The position numbers and the translations under genes were made by a program. Under the pieces are notes generated by a model. That model ran no database searches. It was given only the letters and a program-made list of their open reading frames with translations, and was not told the origin of the DNA. From the NCBI GenBank assembly GCA_022791255.1, contig JAAVYR010000003.1, positions 14,634 to 78,633 of the forward strand: a stretch of DNA of 64,000 nt. The letters are read 5' to 3'. The DNA is from Peptococcaceae bacterium. Its GTDB lineage: Bacteria; Bacillota; Dehalobacteriia; UBA4068; JAAVYR01. Position 1 is the stretch's first letter; every line of letters starts with the position of its first letter. Positions 39,988 to 50,200 of the stretch are shown one piece after another.

Positions 39988-40857
39988 CTATTCTTCAGTT
40001 TCCTGGGCTGTCTCCACCGCTCCCCCTTCTCTTTCATCTTCTTTTTTGTCAAAGCATTCTGGGTAAGATAGAAGGCTTACAATGGAGCCTGTCGGACATT
40101 GCTCTACACAAGCGCCACAATTAGTACATTTACTGTAATCCACATGGGCACAGTTATTTTCTACTGTAATCGCTCCAAACTCACAAGTTTTTTCACATTT
40201 TTTACAGCCGATACACCCTAAAGAACAAGCCTTCTTGGTAACAATACCTTTGTCATGACTAGAACAAAGGACATGAACCGCTGCTGTTTCTGGTACCATG
40301 GAGATGATGCCTTTTGGGCAGATTTTGGTACAAATCTTACAGCCAGTACATAAATCTGGGTCGATGACTGCAATGCGGTCAACGATTTTGATAGCCCCAT
40401 AAGGGCAGGCTTTTACACAGTCAGCAAGGCCCAAGCAACCATAGCTACAAGCACTTTTCCCTGCATAGAGCTGACTGCAGGCAGCGCAAGTCTGCACCCC
40501 TTGATAGTCCATTTTATCAGGGGCGATACCACATTTCCCCTGACACATTACTTTTGCATATTCCCGTACCGTACCGGCGAAGGATACCCCCATAATCTCG
40601 CTGACTTTGACAGCCACCGCCGCTCCCCCTACCGGACATTTATTGGTAGGCGCACCATCATGAGCGATAGCTTTGGCATAGCCCTCGCAAGCAGGATACC
40701 CGCAAGCACCGCAATTAGCGCCAGGCAATGCTTCCACCAATACTTCCACTTTTTCATCCGTAGGCACCGCAAAGAATATGAAACTAAAAGCCAGGACAAT
40801 CCCAAAAATCAGTCCTAATGCTGATACAATCAAAACCGGAACTAAAATTGTTCCCAT
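39988..40857 (-). CDS. rnfB: Rnf complex subunit B (polyferredoxin)
   Basis: LPGANCGACGYPAC, CPVGG and several CxxCxxCxxxCP motifs; last gene of rnfCDGEAB. Confidence 0.95.
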   Translation of the reverse strand: MGTILVPVLIVSALGLIFGIVLAFSFIFFAVPTDEKVEVLVEALPGANCGACGYPACEGYAKAIAHDGAPTNKCPVGGAAVAVKVSEIMGVSFAGTVREYAKVMCQGKCGIAPDKMDYQGVQTCAACSQLYAGKSACSYGCLGLADCVKACPYGAIKIVDRIAVIDPDLCTGCKICTKICPKGIISMVPETAAVHVLCSSHDKGIVTKKACSLGCIGCKKCEKTCEFGAITVENNCAHVDYSKCTNCGACVEQCPTGSIVSLLSYPECFDKKEDEREGGAVETAQETEE

Positions 40858-40881
40858 GGAAGAAACCTCCTGTCGTTAAAA

Positions 40882-41460
40882 TTATGCGCCAATACCGGCA
40901 AAACCAAAAAAGGCCAAAGATACAATAGCCGCAGCTACCAACGTAATTGGCATTCCTTTAAAAGCTTGCGGGATATCTGCAGCTTCTAATTTCGTACGAA
41001 TACCTGCAAAGATAACCATAGCAAGAAGGAAACCAAGCCCCGCCCCAAAGGAATATACCATAGATTTAAAGAAGGTATAGCCTTCGTCAATATTCAAGAT
41101 GGTTACCCCCAACACTGCACAGTTAGTGGTAATCAGGGGCAGATACACCCCTAAAGTACGGTGTAGAGCGGGCAAATATTTCCGCATGATAATTTCTAAT
41201 AATTGCACAAAAGAAGCGATAACCAAAATAAATACAATGGTCTGTAAATATTCTAATTCATTCGGTACTAAAAGCAAAGCGTATACCGGATAAGTTACCA
41301 AGGTTGCTAAAAGCATTACCAAAGTTACCGCAGCACCCATCCCCACGGCAGAGTCCAGTTTTTTAGAAACACCTAAAAAAGGACAAATTCCTAAAAACTT
41401 GGAGAGAACGAAGTTATTGACAAAGATAGCGCTAACCAGCAGCAAAAATACATCTTTCAT
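40882..41460 (-). CDS. rnfA: Rnf complex subunit A
   Basis: NNFVLSKFLGICPFLGVS and LPLITTNCAVLG motifs. Confidence 0.96.
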   Translation of the reverse strand: MKDVFLLLVSAIFVNNFVLSKFLGICPFLGVSKKLDSAVGMGAAVTLVMLLATLVTYPVYALLLVPNELEYLQTIVFILVIASFVQLLEIIMRKYLPALHRTLGVYLPLITTNCAVLGVTILNIDEGYTFFKSMVYSFGAGLGFLLAMVIFAGIRTKLEAADIPQAFKGMPITLVAAAIVSLAFFGFAGIGA

Positions 41461-41474
41461 TAGTGCCACACCTC

Positions 41475-42146
41475 CTATTCATCTTTAGCAGAGGCACACT
41501 GAGCCGCAGCCGGACAGCCCGCACAGGCACCGCAATGTTTCTTTTCCAGAGGTTTTCCCTTCCGCGCCGGCATTGCCTGGATAGCAGCCAACAGCACCCC
41601 ATAGACGAAGAAACCGCCAGGAGGTTGGGTCATAATCAATAATTTCGGGAAAGTTTCTGGTAAGATGGCAAAAGAAAGAATAGAGCCAGCCCCCAATAAC
41701 TCCCGAATAGAACCCATCGCAAAGAGAGCCAAGGTAAAGCCTGCTCCCATACCCAATGCATCCACTGCCGAGTCTAATACACCATTTTTACTAGCAAACA
41801 TTTCTGCCCGCCCTAAAATAATGCAGTTTACTACGATTAAAGGCAGGAATACCCCAAGAGCCGCGTCTAGTTCTTGGGCATAAGCCTTTACTAAAAAGCC
41901 GACAATGGTTACAAAACCAGAAATAACAACAATATAGCAAGGAATACGCACTGCTTTTGGGATAATATTTTTTAGGAGTGAAATTACGATATTAGAGCCC
42001 AAGAGTACCGCAAGGGTAGCAATGCCCATACCTAACCCGTTAATGGCAGAAGTGGTAACAGCAAGCGCTGGACAAGTCCCCAACATCAGCATGAGTACAG
42101 GATTTTCTTTGATAACCCCATTCATGAAAATCTGTGATTTTTTCAT
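41475..42146 (-). CDS. rnfE: Rnf complex subunit E
   Basis: ENPVLMLMLGTCPALAVTT, PLIVVNCIILGRAE and PPGGF motifs. Confidence 0.96.
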   Translation of the reverse strand: MKKSQIFMNGVIKENPVLMLMLGTCPALAVTTSAINGLGMGIATLAVLLGSNIVISLLKNIIPKAVRIPCYIVVISGFVTIVGFLVKAYAQELDAALGVFLPLIVVNCIILGRAEMFASKNGVLDSAVDALGMGAGFTLALFAMGSIRELLGAGSILSFAILPETFPKLLIMTQPPGGFFVYGVLLAAIQAMPARKGKPLEKKHCGACAGCPAAAQCASAKDE

Positions 42147-42147
42147 C

Positions 42148-42687
42148 CTACTCCGCCTCCTTTGCCACCGCAAATAGTTCCGCCGCGTTATTTACCGCAG
42201 CCAGCATTGCCTTGGAAGAGATGGTCGCACCAGAGATAAAGACCATTTCCTCTTGGCCAATGACACCGTTTTTCCCTAAGAATTGGTCAGAATAACTGGG
42301 CTCAGAAATCCGTGTGCCCAATCCCGGTGTTTCATTAGACTGAATAACTTTCGTCGCCAAGATATCCCCTTCAGGGCTAAAGGCCACCATAACGCCTAGC
42401 TTACCGCCAAAGCCTTTGCCATAAGCGCTAACGGTATACCCTGCACCATTTTGTGCTTTATACACATCCAGGCCATTATATTGAAGCATTACCTCTTCCG
42501 CCATGGGCACCTCTATGAAGGTATCCGCATTAGGAATTAATTCCAACCGAGAGCGGTTATTGGCTTCTTTTTCATTTTGGTCAATAATCGGTGCAGTAAT
42601 GGCATTAGTGTAAGACAAGGCACTGGTAACCACCAAGCAGATAACAGTCAACACCACTACTGGTTTTATCTTTTCAAACAAGCCCAT
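42148..42687 (-). CDS. rnfG: Rnf complex subunit G (FMN-binding)
   Basis: TM anchor, ETPGLG and ISGATISS flavinylation motif. Confidence 0.94.
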   Translation of the reverse strand: MGLFEKIKPVVVLTVICLVVTSALSYTNAITAPIIDQNEKEANNRSRLELIPNADTFIEVPMAEEVMLQYNGLDVYKAQNGAGYTVSAYGKGFGGKLGVMVAFSPEGDILATKVIQSNETPGLGTRISEPSYSDQFLGKNGVIGQEEMVFISGATISSKAMLAAVNNAAELFAVAKEAE

Positions 42688-43619
42688 TATTTGCCACCCC
42701 CTAATGGTTTTGTTCTAGTGTATTGGTCAATGAGCGGCGTTAATAGGTTCATGAGAACAATGGAGAAAGATACCCCTTCCACATAAGAACCATATAAACG
42801 AATTACCACCGTGAGGATACCGCAGCCCAAACCAAAGATGAACATGCCTTTTTTCGTAGATGGCGTAGTCACATAGTCTGTTGCCATAAAAATAGCGCCC
42901 AGGAATAAGCCGCCACCCATAACATGATAAGGCACATTAGCACCAGCTATCCATAAGAGAAGGGCAACAGTGGCAATATATGTAACAGGAATAATGGGCG
43001 AAATCACCTTTTTCCAGAGTAAGAATACACCGCCAATGAGAAGGGCCAGCACAGAAGTTTCCCCCAGGCACCCGCCTCGCACCCCAAGGAACATATCCAT
43101 GAGAGAAGGAAGAGCCGCCGGGTCTTTAGTTAAGAGCAAGAGCGGCGTTGCCGTCGTTACCATATCCACTTCCTTGTAGTAATAAGGTGCCGGCCAGTGG
43201 GTCATGGCCGCTGCAAAGGATACGAAAAGCACCAGTCTTGCCACAAGAGCGGGATTGGCAAAGTTTTTGCCTAAGCCGCCAAATAATTGCTTTGCCACTA
43301 CAATGGCAATAAAACTGCCTAAAATCACTAACCAGATAGGAGCGCTAACGGGTAAGTTATAGGCAAAAAGAATGCCTGTTACTACCGCGCTCAAATCTCC
43401 AATGGATTGCTTTTGCTTAGTAATGACTTTAAATAAATATTCAAAAGCCACACAAGCAGCAACCGCTACCCCTACCACAATGGTAGAACGAAAACCGAAG
43501 ACAATGTTAGCGGCGACCAGCGACGGCATTAAAGCTAAAATTACATATAACATGATTTTCTGAGTCGTATTTGCCGACTTCACATGAGGCGCCGCCGTTA
43601 CGATTAATCTCTTATCCAT
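42687..43619 (-). CDS. rnfD: Rnf complex subunit D
   Basis: KQLFGGLGKNFANPA, VTTATPL (FMN-Thr), GCLGETS and FMATDY motifs. Confidence 0.96.
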   Translation of the reverse strand: MDKRLIVTAAPHVKSANTTQKIMLYVILALMPSLVAANIVFGFRSTIVVGVAVAACVAFEYLFKVITKQKQSIGDLSAVVTGILFAYNLPVSAPIWLVILGSFIAIVVAKQLFGGLGKNFANPALVARLVLFVSFAAAMTHWPAPYYYKEVDMVTTATPLLLLTKDPAALPSLMDMFLGVRGGCLGETSVLALLIGGVFLLWKKVISPIIPVTYIATVALLLWIAGANVPYHVMGGGLFLGAIFMATDYVTTPSTKKGMFIFGLGCGILTVVIRLYGSYVEGVSFSIVLMNLLTPLIDQYTRTKPLGGGK

Positions 43620-43638
43620 GGTGTTTCTCTTTCCCTCC

Positions 43639-44943
43639 CTATTTCCCTGCATTCCGCAGCAGCAGTTTGCCAAGGTGATTGGACTCTACCAACGGACGGT
43701 TGGCCGGGCAGATATAGGAACAGCAGCCGCATTCCATACAAAGGTTAACTTTTAACGCTTTTAAGGCGTCAATATTTTTTGCTTGATATGCCCCTTCTAA
43801 TGCCGCCGGCATCAGGTTAAAGGGACAAGCTTCGATACATTTCCCACAACGGATACAGTTAGTGGTTTCTTTTATCACCAAATCTTTTTCATCAAGAAAC
43901 AGAATGGCGTTGTTATTCTTCACTAAAGGAGCATCTGGCTGATAAAGTGCAATACCCATCATTGGCCCGCCCATGAGGATTTTGGCAGGCGTACCCACAA
44001 AACCACCCATAGCATCTGCAATGTATTGGATAGAAGTGCCGATTGGCACGATGATATTACCTTTTTCTTTGATAGCGCCGCCATCTACCGTAATGCGTTT
44101 TTCTACCAGAGGCATCCCAGTTTTTAGGTATCTGGCGAGGAACCCAACGCTGGTTACATTCATGACAATGACGCCAATATCAGCAGGCAGCTTTCCTTCT
44201 GGCAATACTCGTTTAGTTGCAGAGTAAATCAATACTTTTTCTGCCCCTTGCGGATAGAGCGCTGGCAGCGTAAGAACGCTAACACCAGGATAATCTTTGG
44301 CCATTTCACTAAGTTTTTTGATAGCCGCCGGTTTGTTGCTTTCAATGCCGATAATCACATTAGGAATTTCTAAATATTTTTGCACAGCAGCAATACCATA
44401 AAAAATATCTTCTGCCTGTTCCATACACTCCCGATAGTCGCTGGTAATGTATGGCTCGCATTCTGCCCCATTGATGACTAAGGTATCAATGGCAGGCTGA
44501 GGATTTAACTTCACATGAGTAGGAAAACCTGCCCCGCCTAAACCAACTAACCCAGAAGCCCGTACAGCAGCCAAGAAAGAAGCTCTATCCGTGACTACTG
44601 GTGGCGTAAGCGCAGGGTCTACCCGGTCTTCGCCGTCACTAGCAATTATCACAGCCGGTACCATAGCACCGCCGGAAGTAAGCACACTATCTACCTTCGT
44701 CACTTTACCAGAAACACTAGCATGGATAGGCGCAGATACAAATGCCTCTGTATCCCCAATGACCTGTCCCTTTGTCACCTCATCGCCTACCTTTACCGTA
44801 GGCACACAGGATGCACCGATATGCTGAGACATTAAAATGGTGACTGTCTCTGGGGGAGTAATTCTTTTGGTTTCACAGTTTTCCGTATATTTGTTGTGCT
44901 TTACATGAACGCCCCCTAATACACTGGGTTTGCTGCCAAACAT
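43639..44943 (-). CDS. rnfC: Rnf complex subunit C
   Basis: QHIGA, GLGGAGFPTHVK, NGAECEPYITSD, GGPMMG and two [4Fe-4S] motifs; ATG 44943 behind GGAGG. Confidence 0.96.
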   Translation of the reverse strand: MFGSKPSVLGGVHVKHNKYTENCETKRITPPETVTILMSQHIGASCVPTVKVGDEVTKGQVIGDTEAFVSAPIHASVSGKVTKVDSVLTSGGAMVPAVIIASDGEDRVDPALTPPVVTDRASFLAAVRASGLVGLGGAGFPTHVKLNPQPAIDTLVINGAECEPYITSDYRECMEQAEDIFYGIAAVQKYLEIPNVIIGIESNKPAAIKKLSEMAKDYPGVSVLTLPALYPQGAEKVLIYSATKRVLPEGKLPADIGVIVMNVTSVGFLARYLKTGMPLVEKRITVDGGAIKEKGNIIVPIGTSIQYIADAMGGFVGTPAKILMGGPMMGIALYQPDAPLVKNNNAILFLDEKDLVIKETTNCIRCGKCIEACPFNLMPAALEGAYQAKNIDALKALKVNLCMECGCCSYICPANRPLVESNHLGKLLLRNAGK

Positions 44944-44980
44944 GGTTTCATCCTCCATCCTTAAAAATCTCTATTTTAGA

Positions 44981-45517
44981 TTAACTTAGTTTCGTCTTTT
45001 TATAAATATATTGGAACACCGGCATAGCACCGCGCATAATGAGCGCTGTTACCGTTCCCATCACGATACCAGAAAGAAGCAGCACCGGTAAATAATAAAA
45101 ATATGCATTGTTACCCATGATGAAAACCACCATCAACATCTGCCCTAGATTATGGGCAACCGCGCCGCAAATACTGATAACAAGATAAGATACCCGCCGT
45201 ACAGACAGCATCAAAAGCACACTCATGATGCCGATAGAAAAGAGGCTGCCCGCCAGACTCAACATGCCCCCTACCGCTCCTCGCATCAGAAAGACAAACA
45301 GTGCCTTTAAGAGACCAATGGTGATAGCGTCTCGTATGCCCATGAAAAAGAGACAATACATGACAATGACATTAGCCAAGCCAAACTTTACCCCCGGCGG
45401 CAAAAAGGAAGTCGCTATCATCGTATTTTCCAAAAAGGAAAGTACCAAGGCAACGCCTAACAGCACACCTAATAAGGAAACCCGCTCCGCCGTATACTGT
45501 TGTTCCATTTTCGCCAT
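44981..45517 (-). CDS. Gx transporter family / EetB-like membrane protein (often annotated heptaprenyl diphosphate synthase component I)
   Basis: PGVKFGLAN, SLAG and GAVAHNLGQ motifs; about six TM helices. Confidence 0.85.
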   Translation of the reverse strand: MAKMEQQYTAERVSLLGVLLGVALVLSFLENTMIATSFLPPGVKFGLANVIVMYCLFFMGIRDAITIGLLKALFVFLMRGAVGGMLSLAGSLFSIGIMSVLLMLSVRRVSYLVISICGAVAHNLGQMLMVVFIMGNNAYFYYLPVLLLSGIVMGTVTALIMRGAMPVFQYIYKKTKLS

Positions 45518-45551
45518 AAGCGTACCTCTATACTCTACTACCGCTGTATCT

Positions 45552-45956
45552 CTACTTCGCCATCATGTCTACATCAGAAGCGTCGCTACCAATGATAATG
45601 CCCACCTTAGCCGGCAGACAGACTGCCTGCTCTCCGGGGCTACCAATATATCCGTATTGTTCACAGATTTTATCTGGACATTGTGCATCTACAAAGCGGA
45701 TATGATGATTTTTCACCTTTAGCTTAACTGGTAAATCTCCTGGTATCTTCAGGATCGTTCCATCCTTTGCCTGGGACAGATTGATTTTGGTATATTCTTC
45801 CGACCGATAATATACTGTTGCTATTATATCACCAGTTTTTTCCCTTGGAAAGAAAAAAATTATCGCGAGCAAAGCCAATATCACCAGGCCAAAAAGGAAT
45901 AATTCTTTTCTGCTGGTAAAGCCCCTTTTACCGGTAAAGCAATCTGCTTTCTTCAT
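45552..45956 (-). CDS. NusG domain II-containing (DUF1312 / EetA-like) exported protein
   Basis: TM anchor and CPDKICEQYGYIG...VCLPAKV motif. Confidence 0.88.
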   Translation of the reverse strand: MKKADCFTGKRGFTSRKELFLFGLVILALLAIIFFFPREKTGDIIATVYYRSEEYTKINLSQAKDGTILKIPGDLPVKLKVKNHHIRFVDAQCPDKICEQYGYIGSPGEQAVCLPAKVGIIIGSDASDVDMMAK

Positions 45957-47032
45957 GGTACCACCGCCCCATCCTTTACCGCTGTATCAGAAGTAGCAGC
46001 CACCTGCAAGGAAAACCCTTTATCTGTAATTTGCACCTGGTCCTGAATATGAGGAGATACATAAACTTGGTTTTCTTTATCTACTAAAATTAAACCAAAT
46101 CTGTCATCCGACAACAGCCTTTTGCCTTCTGCCAAACCTTGAATATAAATGTAAGTGGAAAGATAATCTCCCATAGCGCCATCTGTACAAATAACCGTTA
46201 CCCCAGCCAATTCATTTTCTACTGGGTATCCAGTCCGTAAATCCAACACATGGCTGTAATCCAGACCTTCTTGGGTACTATATCGCTCATAACCGCCAGA
46301 AGTAGAAATCACCACATTCCTCCCACTATAGACTGCAAAATATTGGCTTGCACTGCCAAAAGGATTACGAATACCTGCATCAAAATCACTGCCATCAGGC
46401 TTGCCATCTAATAAGATTAGGTTTCCCCCTAAGAAAACAATCCCATGGGTAACACCATGTTCTGCATAAATTTTCTTCAGTGCCTCACATGCCATACCTT
46501 TGGCAATGCCGCCCAAGTCGATGCTTTGCCCCGGTCTTTGCAGATAAGCGGTTTTTGCCGTCTCGTCTAATACAAAATCATCTATTCCGATAAGGCTTTC
46601 TGCTGTTGTAATTTCCGTCGCTTCCGGCACACGGAACCCCTCCTTGCCGATTTGCCAGAGAGAGATAAGAGGTCCCGCCGTAATATTAAATACCTCTGGC
46701 GCGTAAGCAGAATAAACTTTTCCTTCTAAGAGCATGGCAAAGATATCCGTATCCTCGATTACCACAGGAGAAACACCTGCTTGCCCGTTAATCCTGCCAA
46801 CAAAAGAGTCCGCAAGATACAAAGATAAGCCTTGGTCCAGCTGATGCAGATAAGTCTCCGCTGCCAAGGATGCTTGCACCCGCTGCTCTCCATAAAGCCG
46901 CTGAATTAGTACAGTGTCCATGACAAATCCAGTAGACTCATAATAATCTTCTTTAGGGTCTGGACTTTCACAACCAACAAAACACACCACTATCAATAAT
47001 ACAAAAAAAATACTATAAAATCTTTTAACCAT
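45953..47032 (-). CDS. apbE: FAD:protein FMN transferase (ApbE/FmnB) lipoprotein
   Basis: Lipobox FVG-C; MDT, DLGGIAKG, STSGGYERY and HVLDLRTGYP motifs. Confidence 0.94.
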   Translation of the reverse strand: MVKRFYSIFFVLLIVVCFVGCESPDPKEDYYESTGFVMDTVLIQRLYGEQRVQASLAAETYLHQLDQGLSLYLADSFVGRINGQAGVSPVVIEDTDIFAMLLEGKVYSAYAPEVFNITAGPLISLWQIGKEGFRVPEATEITTAESLIGIDDFVLDETAKTAYLQRPGQSIDLGGIAKGMACEALKKIYAEHGVTHGIVFLGGNLILLDGKPDGSDFDAGIRNPFGSASQYFAVYSGRNVVISTSGGYERYSTQEGLDYSHVLDLRTGYPVENELAGVTVICTDGAMGDYLSTYIYIQGLAEGKRLLSDDRFGLILVDKENQVYVSPHIQDQVQITDKGFSLQVAATSDTAVKDGAVVP

Positions 47033-47076
47033 TTTTTCCCTATCAATGCGTTTATTTTTATTTTTCTTTTCCTATT

Positions 47077-47105
47077 ATAATATATTTCTCCGCCGCATTT
47101 GTAAA
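47077..47105 (-). promoter_or_regulatory. SigA-type promoter of the apbE-rnf operon
   Basis: TTTACA-17 nt-TATTAT; a perfect palindrome AAAGTAGCTACTTT (47103-47116) overlaps the -35. Confidence 0.6.
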
Positions 47106-47189
47106 GTAGCTACTTTTCAGAAACCTAGTCTCTATTAATTATTATTTTAGGTAAAACACTATCTCAGCTTATCTTGCAGTAATTTTAGG

Positions 47190-47234
47190 AAAAGCCGTAA
47201 ATTTCTTCCTATCTGGAAAATCTTTACGGCTTTT
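47190..47234 (-). terminator. Intrinsic terminator after stnC
   Basis: AAAAGCCGTAAA...TTTACGGCTTTT inverted repeat. Confidence 0.65.
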
Positions 47235-47260
47235 ATTGCTATATACACTTCTGGTTCTCT

Positions 47261-50200
47261 TTATTTCGTGATATTTCGCTGCTTCAGGTAGGCCATAAAA
47301 GCACCCGCTGTATAATCAAAGGCTACCGGCTTTTTCCACATAGCAGCTTTTTCATCTCCAAAAGCTGCTATCGCTTTTTGCAGCATGTCTTCAGTTATCG
47401 GGAATAGCTGAGCCGCTACCTCGCTGCAGACAGCACATTTATGACAGCCTGTCTTTTTCGGTTGAGCTGCCGCCGTCTCTTTTTGCAGCAAGTCAAAGCA
47501 TTCATACTGGGTATTTGCCCCTAGTCTATCGCCAAGAGCTGCTAAGGTTTCCCAGTTCGCCACAGCTTGCCCCAAGGATACCGCTGGCCGCAATTGCTGA
47601 CATCTACCTTCCGCACTGGTATATACCCCTACATTTTCGCGAGGCAAAGCCAGAGGCAATACTACTTGCGCATTCATCGCCATTGGAGAATAATAATGGT
47701 CCATTACTGCTAGATAAGATAGCCCCTGTAATTCTTCAGCACTATAAAAATCACCAATGGTAAATAACGCTTTCACTTTGCCTTCGGCAATGTTTTCCAC
47801 CAATTCCCCGCGAGGCTTCACATCCCTAGCAGCTAATATCCCATAGGCATTAGGGCTTGGTTTCAACTGGATAATCCCATTTCTTGGTTTTCCCAGATGT
47901 CTTGCCATAGCAGCAATCCCAGCGATAATAGCGCCAGCAGCGTCACTGACCTTAGCCCCACCTAAGAGGAAAATACTATTTTTCGCAGCTAGATAATGGG
48001 CAGCAAATGCTTTTGCATCTCTACCAACTTTTATATTAGCCAGCTGTTTTTCTAAAGCAGCCTTTTGCTGATCAGCTAATTGGAGACCATCTTGAGTCAA
48101 CAATTCTTTTGCCACCTGATACCAGAAAGAAACTGTATCATCTGGCGTGTATTTTGCTGTAGCCCATTGGTCTGCCAGAGTATCTCTATTATCTACCAAG
48201 ATAAGCTTAGCCCCGCGTGCTAATGCCTTACGAATGCGCGGTACCAGCGTTGCCGGCTCCTGCAATAAATCCAAACCGCAAGCGATAATCAAGTCCGTCG
48301 TTTCTAGCTCTGCAAAAGTCGTTTTCGGCATCACATCCCCGATAATATCTGCTATGCCATAACTACCAGCCTGGCTGGAATAAACTTGGTCAGAAATACC
48401 TAAGCTAGCTGCTATTTTCTTTGCCAGGAAGATTTCTTCATTGGTTAGCTTTCCAGAGAGAGACATAGCCACACTATCCTTACCATAAGCGCTCTGGATA
48501 GCCCTTAACTCTCTGGTCATCGCTAAGAAGGCGTCATCATAATAAGTTTCCTGCAGTTCTCCATCTACTACAAGGAGCGGCCCCGTAATCCGTTCTGCAG
48601 ACGGCTGCCAGTTCAGGCCAAAACGCCCCTTCGCACAAAGGAAGCTATCCTTTGCCGGTGTTACTTTGATGATGACATCACCTTTCATATGGTATTGTAC
48701 TTTGCAGCCTACACTACAATACCCACAGACGCTTTCCACTATCCGCTCTGTATTTAAGGGTACAGACTTTACGCCCGGCTGCCGCACAGTAAGCGCCCCA
48801 GTAGGACAAAGTGCTGCACACTGTCCACAGGAGATACATTCCGTATCAGCCAGCTTCCGTTCAAAGCTAGGCTGCACACTAGTCTCAAAGCCACGGTTTA
48901 AGAGGCCGATGGCATTAACGCCCATGGCTTCTTCACAGACCCGCACACAAAGACCACACAACACGCATTTATCAATGTTCCGTTCGATAAAGGGATGATC
49001 GTCTTTTTCTCGACGGTGATGGACTTCCCCGCCAGCAAGTTTCTCCGGTTCTACCTGGTAACGGTTAGCATATTCGAGAAGCTTACAATCAAATACCGAC
49101 ATACAGCCGCAGCTAAGGCAACGGCTTGCCTCTGTTACAGCTTGCGCTTCTGTAAAGCCTGTATTGATTTCCCGGAAGTTTGTCTTTCTATCTGCCGCCG
49201 CCAGGTGAGGCATTTCTACCCGAGGCTGCTTTTCGATATGGGCCAACATTTCTGCTGTCACATTTTTTCGTTCTACCAGGAATGGTTTGGTAAAGGTAAG
49301 CGGTTCCCCGGCCAGGTAAGCGTTAATGCTTCTGGCTGCTTTCTTCCCATGACCAATGGCCGCAATGGCAATATCTGGCCCTCGGTTGATACCATCCCCG
49401 CCGGCAAATACTCCCGGCAGACTGGTGGTAAAATTATGAACATCTGTTACGATGGTATTTTTAGCAGTTAGTTCTAAGCCATCTAGCCCATCTGGTACCA
49501 CCTTTTGTCCAATGGCTGCGATGACCGTATCCACCGCAAGGATTTCTTCTGCACCGGGAATAGCCACTGGGCTTCGTCTGCCACTGGCGTCAGGTTCGCC
49601 TAGTTCCATTTTTTGCAAACGGATACCGGTTACTTTGCCATCTTCTCCTAATACTTCCAATGGAGATACCAGAAGTTTAAAGATAACGCCTTCTTCTTCC
49701 GCTTCTTGGATTTCCATCGGTTCTGCCGGCATTTCACTTTTGGTACGGCGATAGATTAGGTATACTTCCTCTGCACCCATACGCACAGCAGTACGGCAGG
49801 CGTCCATAGCAGTGTTACCGCCGCCAACGATAGCTACTCGCTTACCGATAGAGACAGGCCGTTCCATGGCCACATCCTGCAAGAAATCAATACCGCCAAT
49901 CACCCCAGCAAGGTCTTGGCCGGGACAGCCTAAAGCACTGCTTTGCCATGCGCCAATCCCCACAAAGACAGCCTCATATTGGTTACGCAGGTAGTCAAAA
50001 GTCACATCCCTGCCAACTTTCATATTATAAAAGATTTCCACACCCATAGCCTGGATAATAGCAATTTCCGCGTCTAAAACATCTTTTGGCAAACGATACT
50101 GAGGAATGCCATAACGCAGCATACCGCCAGCCTGCGGCATCATTTCATAGATATGAGCCGTATGCCCAGCTTTTGCTAAAAAATAAGCCGCCGTAAGGCT

